Shown here piece after piece: positions 1-12,744 of a stretch of 64,000 nucleotides of DNA. The position numbers were made by a program, and so were the translations under genes. Each line of letters opens with the position of its first letter. Position 1 is the first letter of the stretch. The notes beneath the pieces were generated by a model that made no database searches, was not told the DNA's origin, and saw only the letters and a list, made by a program, of their open reading frames with translations. This DNA comes from Dipteris shenzhenensis (lineage: Eukaryota), in the NCBI GenBank assembly GCA_047967505.1, contig CM106538.1; one strand, written 5' to 3'.

Positions 1-1145
1 CTTTTGGGGGAAGAAGGAAAAGAGAGAGCACTTTGCTCTGCATTCCCGGAATTTTTCAGTTCTACAACTGTGTGTTTGACGTACAGCAAGTACACTCGTG
101 TCCCTCGTGCTTGAGGTGACTAGTGCCACAGTGTGTGGTGGTTGCACAGTTATTTTGTTTCGGGAAGGTCAGATGCCTTGATTTTGCAGAGGGCTTTTAT
201 GCTTTTGTTGAGTGCAAATCTCAGTTTTCGGGTGACAATTTCATAGGGCTTTTGCCTGGAAGTGTATGCAGTGTATGCCTTGAGGTAGTGTGGAGCCAGG
301 GTGCCCACATTGGTCTTGTTTCCGCAGTGCACTCAGTGACATTTCTTGCAGGTCACATTCTGTGTACGACACTTTGAAAATCTCAGTTGAGCCACGCTTG
401 GCCAGGGCGCATCGAGTTTACTCGGTCCCTAAGTGTCCATCGTTGACAGTGCTCAAAAGATTTTCTTTTTCGGTGTTTGTACGTTGGGATCTGTGTTGTT
501 ACTGTGTACACAGGGCCGTTTATGCATTACTTTGTCAGGTGAAAGTGCCAGGAGAGCGCTGTATTTTGTATGCTACCTCAGTGTTGAGGTGTTTTTCACT
601 TGGTACAGGTGTCAAATCAAGGGGCTTTTGCCCAGATTTTGCTTGTGAGCACTTGAGTTACTGTTTGAGAACTTCAGATGCCTTTTATCCCCTTGGCAGA
701 GGGGTGATTGTTTGGGATTTGTCCCATACTTTGTTGCAGGTTTGTGACAGGCTGAGGTGTTTGGAGCCTTTTTCAGTGGACAAAACAGTGTATGACAAGT
801 GGTTTATGCATATAAAATCAGTGCAATACCTCATCTGAGGTGGGAGAAGTGTCTAGGACAGCAGTGTTTTGTGCTTCGTCAGATGATGATGCACTGATAA
901 AGCACTTGTGGAACAGCTGCAGCATTCTGAAGTTACTGTTTTATGCCTATTTGAGCACGGTACAGTGTGTCAGAAGGTACAGTGACTGGAGGGAAAATTT
1001 TCTGTTTTGCTGCAGATTTTTTGACAGTAAAAACAGCACTATTGTGAGTGCTCCTGGCTCTTGATAGAGCAGGTTTTCTGAGAAATCAGAATTTCATTTA
1101 GTCATTTTTCGACTTACAGGGAGTCGGGCACTTTCCTTATCTAAT

Positions 1146-4100
1146 ATGGCATCAGGGGGAAGTGAATCTTCAATACTGAACATAAAGAAATTGGAAGGGG
1201 CACACAATTATGCATTATGGGCAGAACAGTGTTTGAATGTACTTTTGCTAAAGAAGATTTCTAAGCCCATAAGGGTGAAGGGTGTCAAGCCATCTGGGAT
1301 GGCAGATGATGAGTGGGAGGAGCTTGATTTGTCCGCAAGGGCTGCTATCATGCTTACTCTCAATGATTCTCTTGTGTTCAATGTTCAGGCAGAAAAGACC
1401 TCTTATGGCCTATGGCAGAGGCTAGAAGAGTTGTATGCCCAAAAGAGCTCAGCCAGTAAGGTTTATTGGTTGAAGAAGCTTGTTGACCTTCGCATGAAGG
1501 AAGGTACAGCTATGACCTCACACTTGAGTGAGTTCAATGCCATCTTTACACAGCTTATTGCACAGGGATTGAACCTTGATGAGGAGTTCAAGGCTACTTT
1601 CTTGTTGTGTACCCTCCCTGAGAGTTGGGACACTTTCAAGACCACTCTGTCAAATTCAAATGTCACTCTTATGTATGCTGATGTGGAGAGCTCTCTGCTT
1701 ATGGAGGAGATGAGCAGGAAGAATAATATGGGCAACAAGTCTTCCAATGCTTTGCAGGTACAGGAAAGAGGTAGGACTCAGCAGAAGGGGAGATCTGCTG
1801 GCAAGTCCAAATCCCGCAGTCAGTCCCGTGGCAAAAAGGATATTGAATGCTTTTACTGTGGCAAGAAGGGACATGTGAAGTCTAAGTGCTTCAAGTTTAT
1901 ACGGGATCAGAAAGCCAAGAAGGCTGAGACAAAGGATGCAGGCAGTGGAAGCAAAGGCAAAGGCAAGGCCAAGGCAGATGACTTGGATGCAGTGAATGTT
2001 GCAGCAGAGGACAGTGACAGTGACAGACATGATGTTTTATGCTCTTCTGCTGTAATTGCACATACATTGGTTGTTGATGGCCTTGACATGCATACCTGGC
2101 TCTTGGATTCAGGTGCTTCTTTTCATGTTACTCCTCATAGGGAGTGGTTTACTTCCTACACAGGTACTCATGGAGTTGTTCACCTTGGGAACAACTAATG
2201 CATGTCAGATTGCAGGGATTGGCAGTATATAGACAGTATTCCCTGATGGACGCATATTTATGCTTGATGGTGTTCGCCATGTGCCGCAAATCAAGAAAAA
2301 TCTGATTAGCACTGGCTTGTTGGATGACAGTGGTTACCACACCACATTTGGGGATTCCAAATGGGTGATTACTGATGGCCAGGTTGTAGTGGTTGAGGGT
2401 TATAAGAGTGATATCTTGTACCCTCTTTATGTTTCTAGTGTAGGTAATCATGTTATTGCCATAACCGAGCTGCCGAAGGTTTCATTGTGGCATAGCCGGT
2501 TGGGACACATGTCCGTTAAAGGAATGCAAGAACTGTCACGTTTGGGTTATCTGCCGTCTCTTTCATTTTCAGATTTGCCTACTTGTGATCATTGCATATT
2601 TGGCAAGCATTCTATGACTCCTCATAAGAGGAGAACTCCCCAGAATAGAGCACCGCTTGATCTAGTGCACACTGATTTGTGTGAGATGCCACAGCTATCA
2701 CTAGGGGGTGCAAAGTATTTCATTACTTTTATTGATGATGCCACACGCAAAGTGTGGGTCTATTTCTTGAAGCATAAGAGCGATGCCTTAGATGCTTTCA
2801 AGAAGTTTGTCGCTCAGGTTGAGAATCGGACAGGACGCAGGCTGAAATGCCTCAGATCCGATAATGGGGGTGAGTATGTGTCACATGCTTTTGTACAGTT
2901 TTGCGAAGCTAAGGGCATTAAACAGGAACTCACAGCCCCTCATAATGCATCTCAAAATGGTGTGAGTAAGCGGAAGAATCGAACTATCCAAGAGAAAGTT
3001 CGATGTATGTTGTCTTATGCTGCATTGCCCCATGGCTTTTGGGCAGAAGCCGTGCAGACAGCAGTTCACCTAATTAACAGGTCGCCGAACAAGGCTTTGG
3101 AGTTGAAAGTGCCAGAGGAGGTGTGGTCTGGCAAACCACCTTCATATAAGCACTTACGTGTGTTTGGCTGCGAGTGCTTTGCTCATGTACGCAAAGAACT
3201 ACGCATCAAACTGGAGCCAAAGTCTTTCAGATGCATCTTCATGGGTTACGGTGACGAAGGTGAAATGGGGTACAGATTATGGGATCCTGTCAAACGGAAG
3301 ATTATACGCAGCAATGACATCATCTTTAAAGAGGATTGTGTACACAAAGAACCCGTGCAACCTGTGGAATACAGGAGGGTTGTTTATGATGATGTCGGAC
3401 AGCAAAGAATGCCCATTAATATGCAGCAGCAGGCTGCTGTAGATAACCCTGTTCAAGAGGGTATATAGGCTGAAAATCAGCCAGACAATTTTGCCAATGA
3501 TGCACCACTGGATATGCCAGCAAATGGCACTGTAGAACAGCCAAATATGGTGGTACAGCCACCCGTCATGCATGACGAACAGGCTAGACACAAGCCTATT
3601 ACGGAACATTTTGTTAGGAGGAGCACCCGTGTACAACGGCCTCCTGACAGGTTTGTTCCAGGAGCCAATAATGTGGCTGATTTTATCATGCTGACAGATT
3701 GTGGTGAGCCTTCCAGCTTCAAGGAAGCTATGGGAAGAACAGAGAAAAAGAAGTGGGAGCAAGCCATGCAGTCAGAAATGGACTCCCTACTTCAAAATGA
3801 TACATGGGACTTGGTGCAGCTACCTGCAGGTAGAAAGGTTTTGCCGTGCAAGTGGGTTTACAAAGTCAAAGTGGATTCAAATGCTTTACCGAGGTATAAG
3901 GCCAGATTGGTTGCCAAGGGATTTAAGCAGGAGAAGGGCATTGACTTTGATGAGATCTTTTCCCCTGTAGTCAAGATGACTACTTTGAGAGCAGTGTTAG
4001 CTCTTGTTGCTCATGAGGACATGGATTTATGTCAGATGGATGTGAAGACTGCTTTTCTTCACGGAGATCTCCATGATGAGATCTATATGAGTCAGCCAGA

Positions 4101-5256
4101 GGGATATGCTGTTAAAGGGAAAGAGCAGCTTGTGTGTAAGCTCAAGAGGAGCTTGTATTGACTCAAGCAGGCGCCAAGAGAATGGTACCAGAAGTTTGAT
4201 GCCTTCATGCAGTCCCAAGGGTATCATAGGTGTGAGACCGATCACTGCTTGTACACCAAACGGGCAAAGGATGGCAGTTTGATGCTACTCATTCTATATG
4301 TGGATGACATGCTGATTGCCAGCAAATCTCAGCAGGAGATTAGTGCTTTGAAGAAGCAACTGCATAAGTCTTTTGACATGAAAGACTTGGGTGATGCAAA
4401 CCATATTCTTGGTATGCGGATTATTCGTGACAGGTCCAAGGGACTTTTGTTTCTGTCACAGAAGGAGTACATTGACAAAGTACTGCAGAGGTTTAAAATG
4501 GAGGGGGGGAAGTCTATTAGTACCCCGTTGCCTCCACATTTAAAACTCAGCAGTAAGGACAGCCCCAGATCAGATGATGATAAGGCTGAGATGGCCAAGG
4601 TTCCGTACGCATCTGCAGTTGGTTCTTTGATGTATGCCATGGTTGCCACTCATCCGGATATTGCTTTTGCGGTGGGAGTCATCAGCAGGTATATGGCAAA
4701 TCCAGGCAAGCGGCACTGGGAAGCAGTGAAAGGCGTCTTGAGGTATCTCAAGGGTACCAAAGACTTGTGCATATGCTATGGTAGGCAGGATGCATTGGTG
4801 CATGGTTTTACAGATTCAGACTACGCAGGAAATGCAGATAACCGGAAGTCTACTACCGGTTATATTTTCACATTTGCAGGAGGTGCTATATCATGGGTGT
4901 CTCGGTTGCAGAAATGCATTGCACTGTCAACCACTGAAGCTGAATATGTTGCAGCCACTGAGGCTTGCAAGGAAGCAATATGGCTTACTCGGCTGGTGGG
5001 AGATTTGGGCATTACAGGAGATATGCCAGTTTTGCATTGTGATAGTCAGAGTGCTATCATGTTGGCAAAGAATCCGGTCTTTCATCAGAAGACCAAGCAC
5101 ATAGATGTGAAATACCATTTCATCAGGGAGGTACTGGAAGACAAGCGACTTGAGCTTGTGAAGGTGCATACTGATGATAATCCTGCAGATTTGCTCACTA
5201 AGAGCTTGCCTACAGAGCGGTTTGCACATTGTCGCCACATCATGGGATTAGGATGA
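1146..5256 (+). mobile_element. Ty1/Copia gag-pol, decayed (5' LTR/PBS upstream of window)
   Basis: Gag with CCHC knuckle (CFYCGKKGHVKSKC), protease WLLDSGAS, GAG-pre-integrase LWHSRLGH, integrase LRSDNGGEY, RT YVDDML, RNase H ADLLTK, in Copia order. Lesions: 1-bp insertion near 2197 and in-frame stops at 2230, 3466 and 4159. Confidence 0.97.
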
Positions 5257-5344
5257 GACCATTCTTATTTTATGGTCTTGTATACAGTAACTATATATTG
5301 CTGTAATTTTTATTCTTTTCTCCCCTTTAGGCACATTGGCCTTT

Positions 5345-5563
5345 AGGTGGGAGGTTGTTGGGGTAAAGGCACATTGCCACCCTTTTAAAGTTATGACACC
5401 TATGACTGTCTTAAGACAGTCATAGGGTGAATCCCTAATCCTAATAAAACTCTATGAGTTTGTGGTGTGGCTCAACACTTTTACACACCCACACTTCTTG
5501 TGTCTCCCTCTCTCTGTCTCCATTGTTCCACTCCCTCTCTCTTTCCCTCACATTTTCTTGACC
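5345..5563 (+). repeat. Polypurine tract and 3' LTR of the Copia element (3' end approximate)
   Basis: AGGTGGGAGGT (5345-5355) directly precedes TGTTGGGG at 5356. Probable end at ...CTTGACCA (5563); the partner LTR is outside the window, so the end cannot be verified. Confidence 0.65.
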
Positions 5564-5599
5564 AGGTGGATTGAATTGAAGTCAGCAAAAGATTTTTAA

Positions 5600-6000
5600 T
5601 CTTGGCTCATGTTTACGACCTCATGTTTCTAGGCATCGTTCATAGCAATGCTGGGCTACTCTATGCGATCGCTGGGTGTTAACCATCTCTCACCCTAAGA
5701 GAAGGTCGATACCCAAGGATCATGCAACACCAAAGATTTCTGGTGAAAGTTTCTCAAGCAGTGAGCCCCTTTTCCTCTCACACCACCAAACTTTGCACTC
5801 CACACACGCTATATGCCATCCCTAACCAGCCACCACTTGGCCTCTAACAGCTACCACTTGGTGAGGTCAGGCACGCAGCTTTGAAGCTATAGAATGGCAG
5901 AGCCAAAGATCACGAGGGGCTGCGTACTGAATACATTGCATATGAACTATGTATCTTGGCCCTGATCTTGGCAAACCTTTTTGCATGGGAAGGGCTCAGG
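5600..6000 (+). mobile_element. RTE-X-like LINE ORF2 fragment (pre-RT region)
   Basis: Translates EVRHAALKL*NGRAKDHEGLRTEYI and is homologous to the reverse complement of ~46860-47140. Confidence 0.6.
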
Positions 6001-6029
6001 GAATGTTGGGGATGTCATGAACTAGAATG

Positions 6030-8135
6030 GGGTGTATGTGTGTGTGTGCATTGTCCGTGCTCTCGTGAGTTTTTTGATCTGCTTCGATAGCGCCTGCGAG
6101 CGAGATTTCCATTTGTTCTGTTTGGGAAGTTCTTCTGGCTATTTGGGTTTCATCCATCCAAACCGGAGTTTCATCTTTTCTTCGTTTGCGTTCGCTACTG
6201 GGCACTATGGACTTTATGGACATATAGGAATTGTAAAGTCTTTGGTGATCCTACTTTCTCTTTGTTTGGCTTTTTTAGGCGTTCTCTGCAGCAATCTTTC
6301 TTTGATTGCTTGCAAACCCGCTGCATAGATCATGAGGTCTTTTTGGCATATACTGATGTAATTGTAGTACCTTATTTTGAGGTTGCTACTCATATAATAT
6401 AATCAATCAAAGATTTCACCAAAAAAAGTGATACTATTTTATTTTCCTTTGTACTTATTGGTGGGTTTTTACCTCTTTTTTGGGGTTTCCCATACAGAAA
6501 TATAAGATTTCACAAAAAAAAAAAGTGTGTGATATTCTTTTATGGCCGGGGAAAATTGTTCCACCCAATCAGATGGTTTGTCATTTGGGTTATCCTTTGG
6601 GTTGGTCGATTACTCTTCGCCAACAAGCTGACTGGATATTAGCAAAACTGAAAAAAAAGCTTGAATATTGAAAGTTGGCAACATGGCATTTACATGTCAG
6701 GTTATGAATTGTTCAATCGATTCTGGTGGCATATATTCAGTTTTACTTGCCTCTGATAATGTTTAGCAAGGTAAAAATTTCCTCTTTTATGTCTTTTTGG
6801 CATTCGAAATTTGGCAAGAAGAGTTTGAGATTACTCTCGCTACAACATCTCTGTTCGCCAAAAATGTACGGGGGGTTGAATATCCTTAACATTCAAGTGC
6901 ATATTCTTGCCCACAAGGGAAAAATGATGCTGCAGTTCTTGCAAGGGTCTTAGCCTTGGGCTGCTATGATACGCCATTTGCTTTTATAGCTCACCACTCC
7001 TGCTTTTGGATATTGGCAACCTATACTGGGATTTCATTTTGGGTTGTGTTGATGGCAAGATCAAAGGCTGTCCTTTGGTCTCTCCTATGTTACTAGATTG
7101 GAAGCATGTCCTCTCTCATTTGGAATGGCATGGTAGGGATTCTTTGCAGGGAAACTCTCTCAAAGCAGCGAGCATACATTGGTCAAAGGCCTTTGTCCCT
7201 CCATTGGCAGTGCAGGAGCCTAGACGCTCATACTTCCTTAGCTTGAAGGGGATCCACTCTGTTGTAGATGTCATTCATGATAATGGGATTTCCCTTTCTT
7301 TTCCTTTGGCTACAGCAAAATTTGGTCTTGGTATGCATTATAGATTCATGTGGCAAACTATTATTGGAATGCTTCAGCCTTTTCAGCCCATTCTGCCTTT
7401 AGAGCTTGAGGATTGTCTTCAGGACACGATACTTTCTTCTCCAGGGTCATCTTCTCGCCCTTTGAGTCTGTCACATGTTACCGTCTCTTCTTTATATAAA
7501 TTGCTTTTGCCTCCACCATGGGTTTCTCACAAGGCGAATCAGCTTTAGCAAATGAATCGCACTGCCAAGTGGTGGCGGAAGAGACTGAGACAGATTTGGG
7601 ATTCCAAAATTCCACTCCGACAACAGGTTTTCTTTTGGTGAGTTTTGTTGGGAGTTTTTCCATCTGGGCAACTTTTGTTACATAGGAATATTGCTCCGGC
7701 TATTTGTCGCAAACGTTTGGCTCCACGGGAGTCAGTGCCTCATCTCCTTTGGCATTGCTCCCATACTCATGATGTTTTAAATCTCCTTGGGCAGCGTTTG
7801 TGAGCCCGCTTTCCAAATGCTACCTTTGGAAAGTTTTTCTGGCTCTTTGGGATACACCCACCTAGCCAGGATTTCGATTTGTTTTTGTTTGGGTTCGCTA
7901 CTGGGCACTTTGGACTCTATGGAAGGATAGAAATCATAGAGTCTTTGGTGATCCTACTTTTTCACTTTTTCCTTTCTTCAGGCACTCTCTACAGCAATTG
8001 CTTGCAAACTAAGTACATAGATCCTGATGTGTATCTATCTTATACTGAGATCTTCTCATGATGTATTTTTCCACATCCTGTTTTGGGATAGTGATTCTGT
8101 AATATAAAGTAACAAACTTTTCACCCCAAAAAAAA
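6030..8135 (+). mobile_element. Two tandem 5'-truncated L1-type LINE 3' ends
   Basis: Degraded ORF2 C-terminus (YGGLNILN, zf-RVT-like WDSKIPLRQQVF...ESVPHLLWHC). The 3' UTR segment (TTCGCTACTGGGCACT...) occurs at ~6190 and ~7894, each copy ending TTCACC plus an A-tail (6421-6427, 8128-8135). Confidence 0.8.
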
Positions 8136-8581
8136 GTGTGTATAAAAATAAAAAACGATTTGACACGAAACAGTCCTAGCTGGAATGTTGCAGAAGTAGT
8201 GTTGAGCAGGACGTGTGGGATGGAAGGTGATTCATTCTTGGATCCTTGTGATCGTCTCAGATTCTAGTGGATTGGTTCACTACATCTTCTCTCTGCCTAG
8301 AATTGAAATGTGCTCTAATACCAATATAAGATGCATCAGACCTACAATGCTCAACACATGCATGTGGATTCCTACTATTGGGCTCCCTTAATTGAAAGAT
8401 TTGTTTGGAATTCTTGAAGTGCGCGCAAAGTCTTTGTGCTGCGGAAGGTTGAAATGAAAATTGATGAACTTTGCATTGTCAATTATATATTCTTCTCCTG
8501 CTCTGCAGAGGGTTGTCTTTGTGGATTTTGAATTGTTTCAAGAAAATTGGAGCTAAGCTATCTGAAAATGTCTGTGGGCAG

Positions 8582-9710
8582 GGAAATACTGCATTTCTAT
8601 TTGGCGAACTGCAAATTTGTTGGAGTCTGTGGAACTGCTTGGGTATTGTGCTCAGCTGGATGGATTTTATCCTTCACCATGGATGGCAGCTGATACCTCA
8701 AATTACGTGCCTTTCAAACTGATCATGTCACCTGGCCTTAATTATGCAGGCCTTCTAGATTGCAGAGGAAGAATGCAACTAGTCAGTTTGAACGAAGCTC
8801 ATGTGTGGACTCTCCAAAAAGTGCACTTCCCTGTCAAGAACCAGGTTGAAAGATCAGATGCCGTGACCTCTAAAGGCATTGAGGTATCTTGTCTGCGTGG
8901 TGCGAATTTGTGTAGAAGAGATGCAAATTTTAGTTCGCACAGTAACTGCTGCTATTTGGAGCTGGATTCCGATGTGGAAGCTGCTGACGAACAGGGTAAG
9001 GGAGCCCGTTTTGAGACCCTGGATGATATCAGAGGTGCATGCTGGTGGTCTGAGGACACCCTTGTTTTACTCAAGAGAAGTGGGTTATTAACTATAGTTA
9101 CTGTCCGGGACCTAAAGGTTGTTTTAGAACTTGCAGTGAGTTTGTCCTGTGACAATTTGGACATTTGTCATGGCTTACCAAGAAGGCATATGTTTGTACT
9201 CGAAGATATTCAAGGTTTCCCTCTTGAAGAGATGACAGGCTCTGATCAGGATTCTTTGAAAGTGGCTTGTGAGAAGACTGAAAGAAGTGGTTGGACGTTA
9301 ACTTCCTTGGAAGAACACTCTGTGACAGGACTTTACAAAATATTAATAGACAGTGCAGAATTTGAATCTGCACTCTCGCTCGCTAGGAGATACAATCTTC
9401 AAAGTGAAATTGTATACAAAGCCCGTTGGATGCAGTCAGATTATGGATTAGAAGCATTGCATCAAAATTTACCTAAAATTGGTGATAGACTGTGGGTTCT
9501 AAAGGAGTGCTCTGAAAGGGTGTCTCCAAGTATTGAAGCAATGAATGGCCTTTTGCAGCATGGATTATTCCTTGTTGAGTCTTGTGTGGATCATAGAAGT
9601 GCGAAAGGTGCTGCTCAAGACCATCAAAATATACGTTTTTATGCAAGGCGGCTCCGTCTGTTGCAGTATAAAGACAGGCTCGAAACATACCTTGGCTTGA
9701 GCATGGGCAG
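8582..9710 (+). CDS. MIP2: MAG2-interacting protein 2 (NBAS/Sec39-like), internal exon A
   Basis: Acceptor GGGCAG|GG. Peptide GKYCISIWR...WWSEDTLVLLKRSG...RLRLLQYKDRLETYLGLSMGR resembles plant MIP2. Donor AG|GTTTGT, phase 2, joins exon B in frame. Upstream exons are outside the window. Confidence 0.9.
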
Positions 9711-9809
9711 GTTTGTCATTCCTTTAAATTGTATCGGAAGACCCATGAATAGAGTGATTAAAAAATCATAATCTGCAGAGTTTCCTTTTTGAAGGGCAAT
9801 ATTTATTGT

Positions 9810-9975
9810 GCGAGGTAGTGCTACTATCATCTACATCCACAGCCATAGTGCTTCGCAACCCTGTCTTTCATGCGCGTACCAAGCACATAGAGGCTCATTG
9901 GCAGATAACTTAGCAGATCTCTTCATGAAGGCTCTACCCAAGTTCAAAGCTTTTGGACAATGTAGAGGAAGGAGG
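9810..9975 (+). mobile_element. Small Copia RNase H remnant
   Basis: NPVFHARTKHIE and LADLFMKALP motifs with an internal deletion. Confidence 0.7.
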
Positions 9976-11400
9976 AAGATGAGCTTCTTTACATGGTGGC
10001 CACCCCTTAGAGCCTTGACAGCCAGCTCTCTAGGTTATACGTTTTGTATGTGCACAAGCCCTTAGATCATTCTAGAAAATTTACAGCAATGGTTGAGGTT
10101 ACCAGTTCAGAATTAAATGCACTCTTTTGTTTTTCAGTTTCCCTTCCTCTTGCAGGCACCACCTCTTCAGCTTTTTTCCTCTGGTGGTGTGAGAAGATGA
10201 GGAAGGATGTGGATCAGTTATTCATCTAGTTCCAGCCCCCATCACAAGAAAGTAAGGGGTGATTGGAATAGCTGTCTCTTAAGAGGTGTCTTTTTATGGA
10301 TAAGTATTGTCCTTCATCTTGGGCGTAATAATAGAATCTGAAGGCGTTGGTGTTGCCTCTCTAAGATACGAGGGCGCCATGCATATACTTTTCATATAAA
10401 CATGAGTGAGAGGGACCTCACAGCAGTTCTCACTGCTCAGGATGGAGATGGTGATTTCAAAATTTTAGACTATACCCTTAAGAAGAAGTCATGACCAGTT
10501 CCTGTTTTATAATTTATTGTGTCAAGGTTTGGAATGAAGTAGACCTGTTACTGGGTTTGCAGAATTTATAATTTATTGTGTCAAGGTTTGGAATGAAGTA
10601 GACCTTTATAAAATTTTATTTCTGAAAAGTATCACTGAATAGGTAAATATTTCAGATTCAAATTCCCTTAAGAAGCAAGATGTTTTACAGCCTGACAGTA
10701 TGTAGACATGAGTATGGAGGATGCTTCGGCATCTTATGAGCATATTTCCTTTTGTCTCCACCCCTTGTATATCAGATAGAGGCGATGTGGGTGGAGCTTA
10801 TGCAAGAGTTTATTTTGAGTGGCTTGATGGTCATGGTTGTACAGTTTAGGAACTAATAAGGATTGAATAGCTGTTGTAGTGTGCAAGCTGAAAACTCACT
10901 ACAAATGGTGATTAAACGAAAGTGCTCATGCACCAAAGTAGATTGTCTTTAGTGCCATTATACTGTAATTTTCAGGGATTTTTGAGGCAAGATTTCAAGA
11001 TTTCTGGTTGTTTCCAGAAGTATGTCGCATTTGTTTAGCTTGTATGTCTTTATATGTATGCAGCCGTGTGGTGCATGCATAGTTCATGTTAGACCTGCCA
11101 TATGTTGGAGATAGATGTGATGGGCTGGTGCATACTGCGTCAATGATATTGTATGAATAAATCTGTGATAAGTTTTTATCAGGGTGTTTTTCAATGTCTG
11201 TGTAACTTTACCAGTTTCAGGGCTAATCATTAGAAATGAGCAGGCTTGTAATGTGGATCTGCATTGATCATGGAGCTGTTGGCCTTCATGTATTGTCCAA
11301 TTTCCTCTTCAAGCTAGGATTGAAAGAAACTCTAGCGTTAGTGATTGAGTATCTTGAACTATCTTAATAAAACAGCTGAAAAGGCTTCTTTATGTTTCAG

Positions 11401-12634
11401 GTACAGCCCAAAGGATTACAAAAATTTCCGGACTTCACCTTTGTGCGATGTTGCTGTAAGGTTGGCTGAGCTAGGGAAAATAGGAGCCCTCAGTTTTCTT
11501 TATAAGCGGCATATGCATTCTTTAAACCTATATCTTTTTAAGATATTAGATGCAATCCCAGAGACGGTATCACCTCATAATTATATCCAGTTGTTACCAC
11601 AGTCTCATCCACCACAGGCTTATATTGCTGGACGAGAAAGAGACTGGATTGAGGACGAGAACATGCTAACAGTGATAAATGAAGGGAATGAAATTGAGGA
11701 GGAAAATCACTCGGTACCACTACAGGACAGCACGGAGCATATGGTAAGACTCTGCCGTGGTTTTTATTGGCCCCCTGAAGAAGAAATCATGGAGTGGTAC
11801 AAGATTCGTGCAAGGACTATAGACAGAGTTAGTGGGCAGCTTGAAAATAGTCTATCATTGCTGGATCTGGGCAAACAAAAGGGATTAACAGGTTTGGAAA
11901 ATTTATGGGAAGATATAGCTAGTTTTTATCAAGTGATGTACCGCAATATTGCCACTGATGATACAGAAATTCATTTAAGCCTGGTGGAGTGGCAGCAGCT
12001 GAGTGACTACGAAAAATTCCAAACGATACTTAAGGGTGTGAATGAGTCCAATGTCTTGGACAGGCTGAAAGAGCAGGCTATTCCATTCATGAACAGGAAA
12101 CACAACAAAAAAAACATAGTTTTGAGTGAAGATTATAATGCTGATGAACAACAACAGGAATCTTTCCTTGTTAAATGGCTAAAGGTTCTTGCACATAAAA
12201 ATAATTTGCAAATCTGTGCGGCCATTTTCTTCGAAGCATGCAAAATTCCATTTGGTAATTGGTTATTTGAAAGTGATATAGAATGTATTCAAGTTGGGCT
12301 GGATTGCATATACTCTTGCAGCAGAGTGGACCAATGGGATTTGATGGCGACTGTCTTGTCAAAGCTCTCATTCATATGTCTTCAAGCACAACCAGGAATT
12401 GGAGCAGAAATATCCTCTTCCGGGAAACGTGTTGGAAGAGGCTTCCTCCGAGGAACTAAGCTTCCTAACAGTAGTAAGTCAACCAATGATGCATCATTTA
12501 CAGGGCTGAATTTGTCAACCTCAGAAATGGGTCGAGGACCTTCAATAAAAGAAGGAATCTACGGAGCCTTGTATATGAGAATTCAGCAGGCCATCGACCA
12601 CGTTGAAGCAGGACGGCTGCTATCACAATATCAG
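11401..12634 (+). CDS. MIP2: MIP2 exon B (Sec39-like region)
   Basis: TTTCAG|G acceptor; LAELGKIGAL...AIPETVSP...WYKIRARTIDRVSGQLEN...HVEAGRLLSQYQ; donor CAG|GTAACA, phase 0. Confidence 0.95.
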
Positions 12635-12744
12635 GTAACATATCCGTGACCAAGTTCTGTGTCCTTTTCAGCATCTTGAGAGGTGCAGGAAAGAGGGATT
12701 ATTGGGCATTGACGAGAGTGTAAGCAGTGCTTGCTAGTGCTTTT

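Noticed and set aside
8312-8323. Reverse-strand PBS-like GCTCTAATACCA
   Set aside because: Probably an LTR-element relic, but its boundaries cannot be defined.
8509-8581. Alternative acceptor CTGCAG at 8508 as the start of exon A
   Set aside because: The MIP2 frame has stops at 8554 and 8563, and similarity begins at 8582.
10507-10606. ~40-bp direct repeat with a short spacer, CRISPR-like at a glance
   Set aside because: Only two copies in a eukaryotic intron with no cas genes; an ordinary local duplication.
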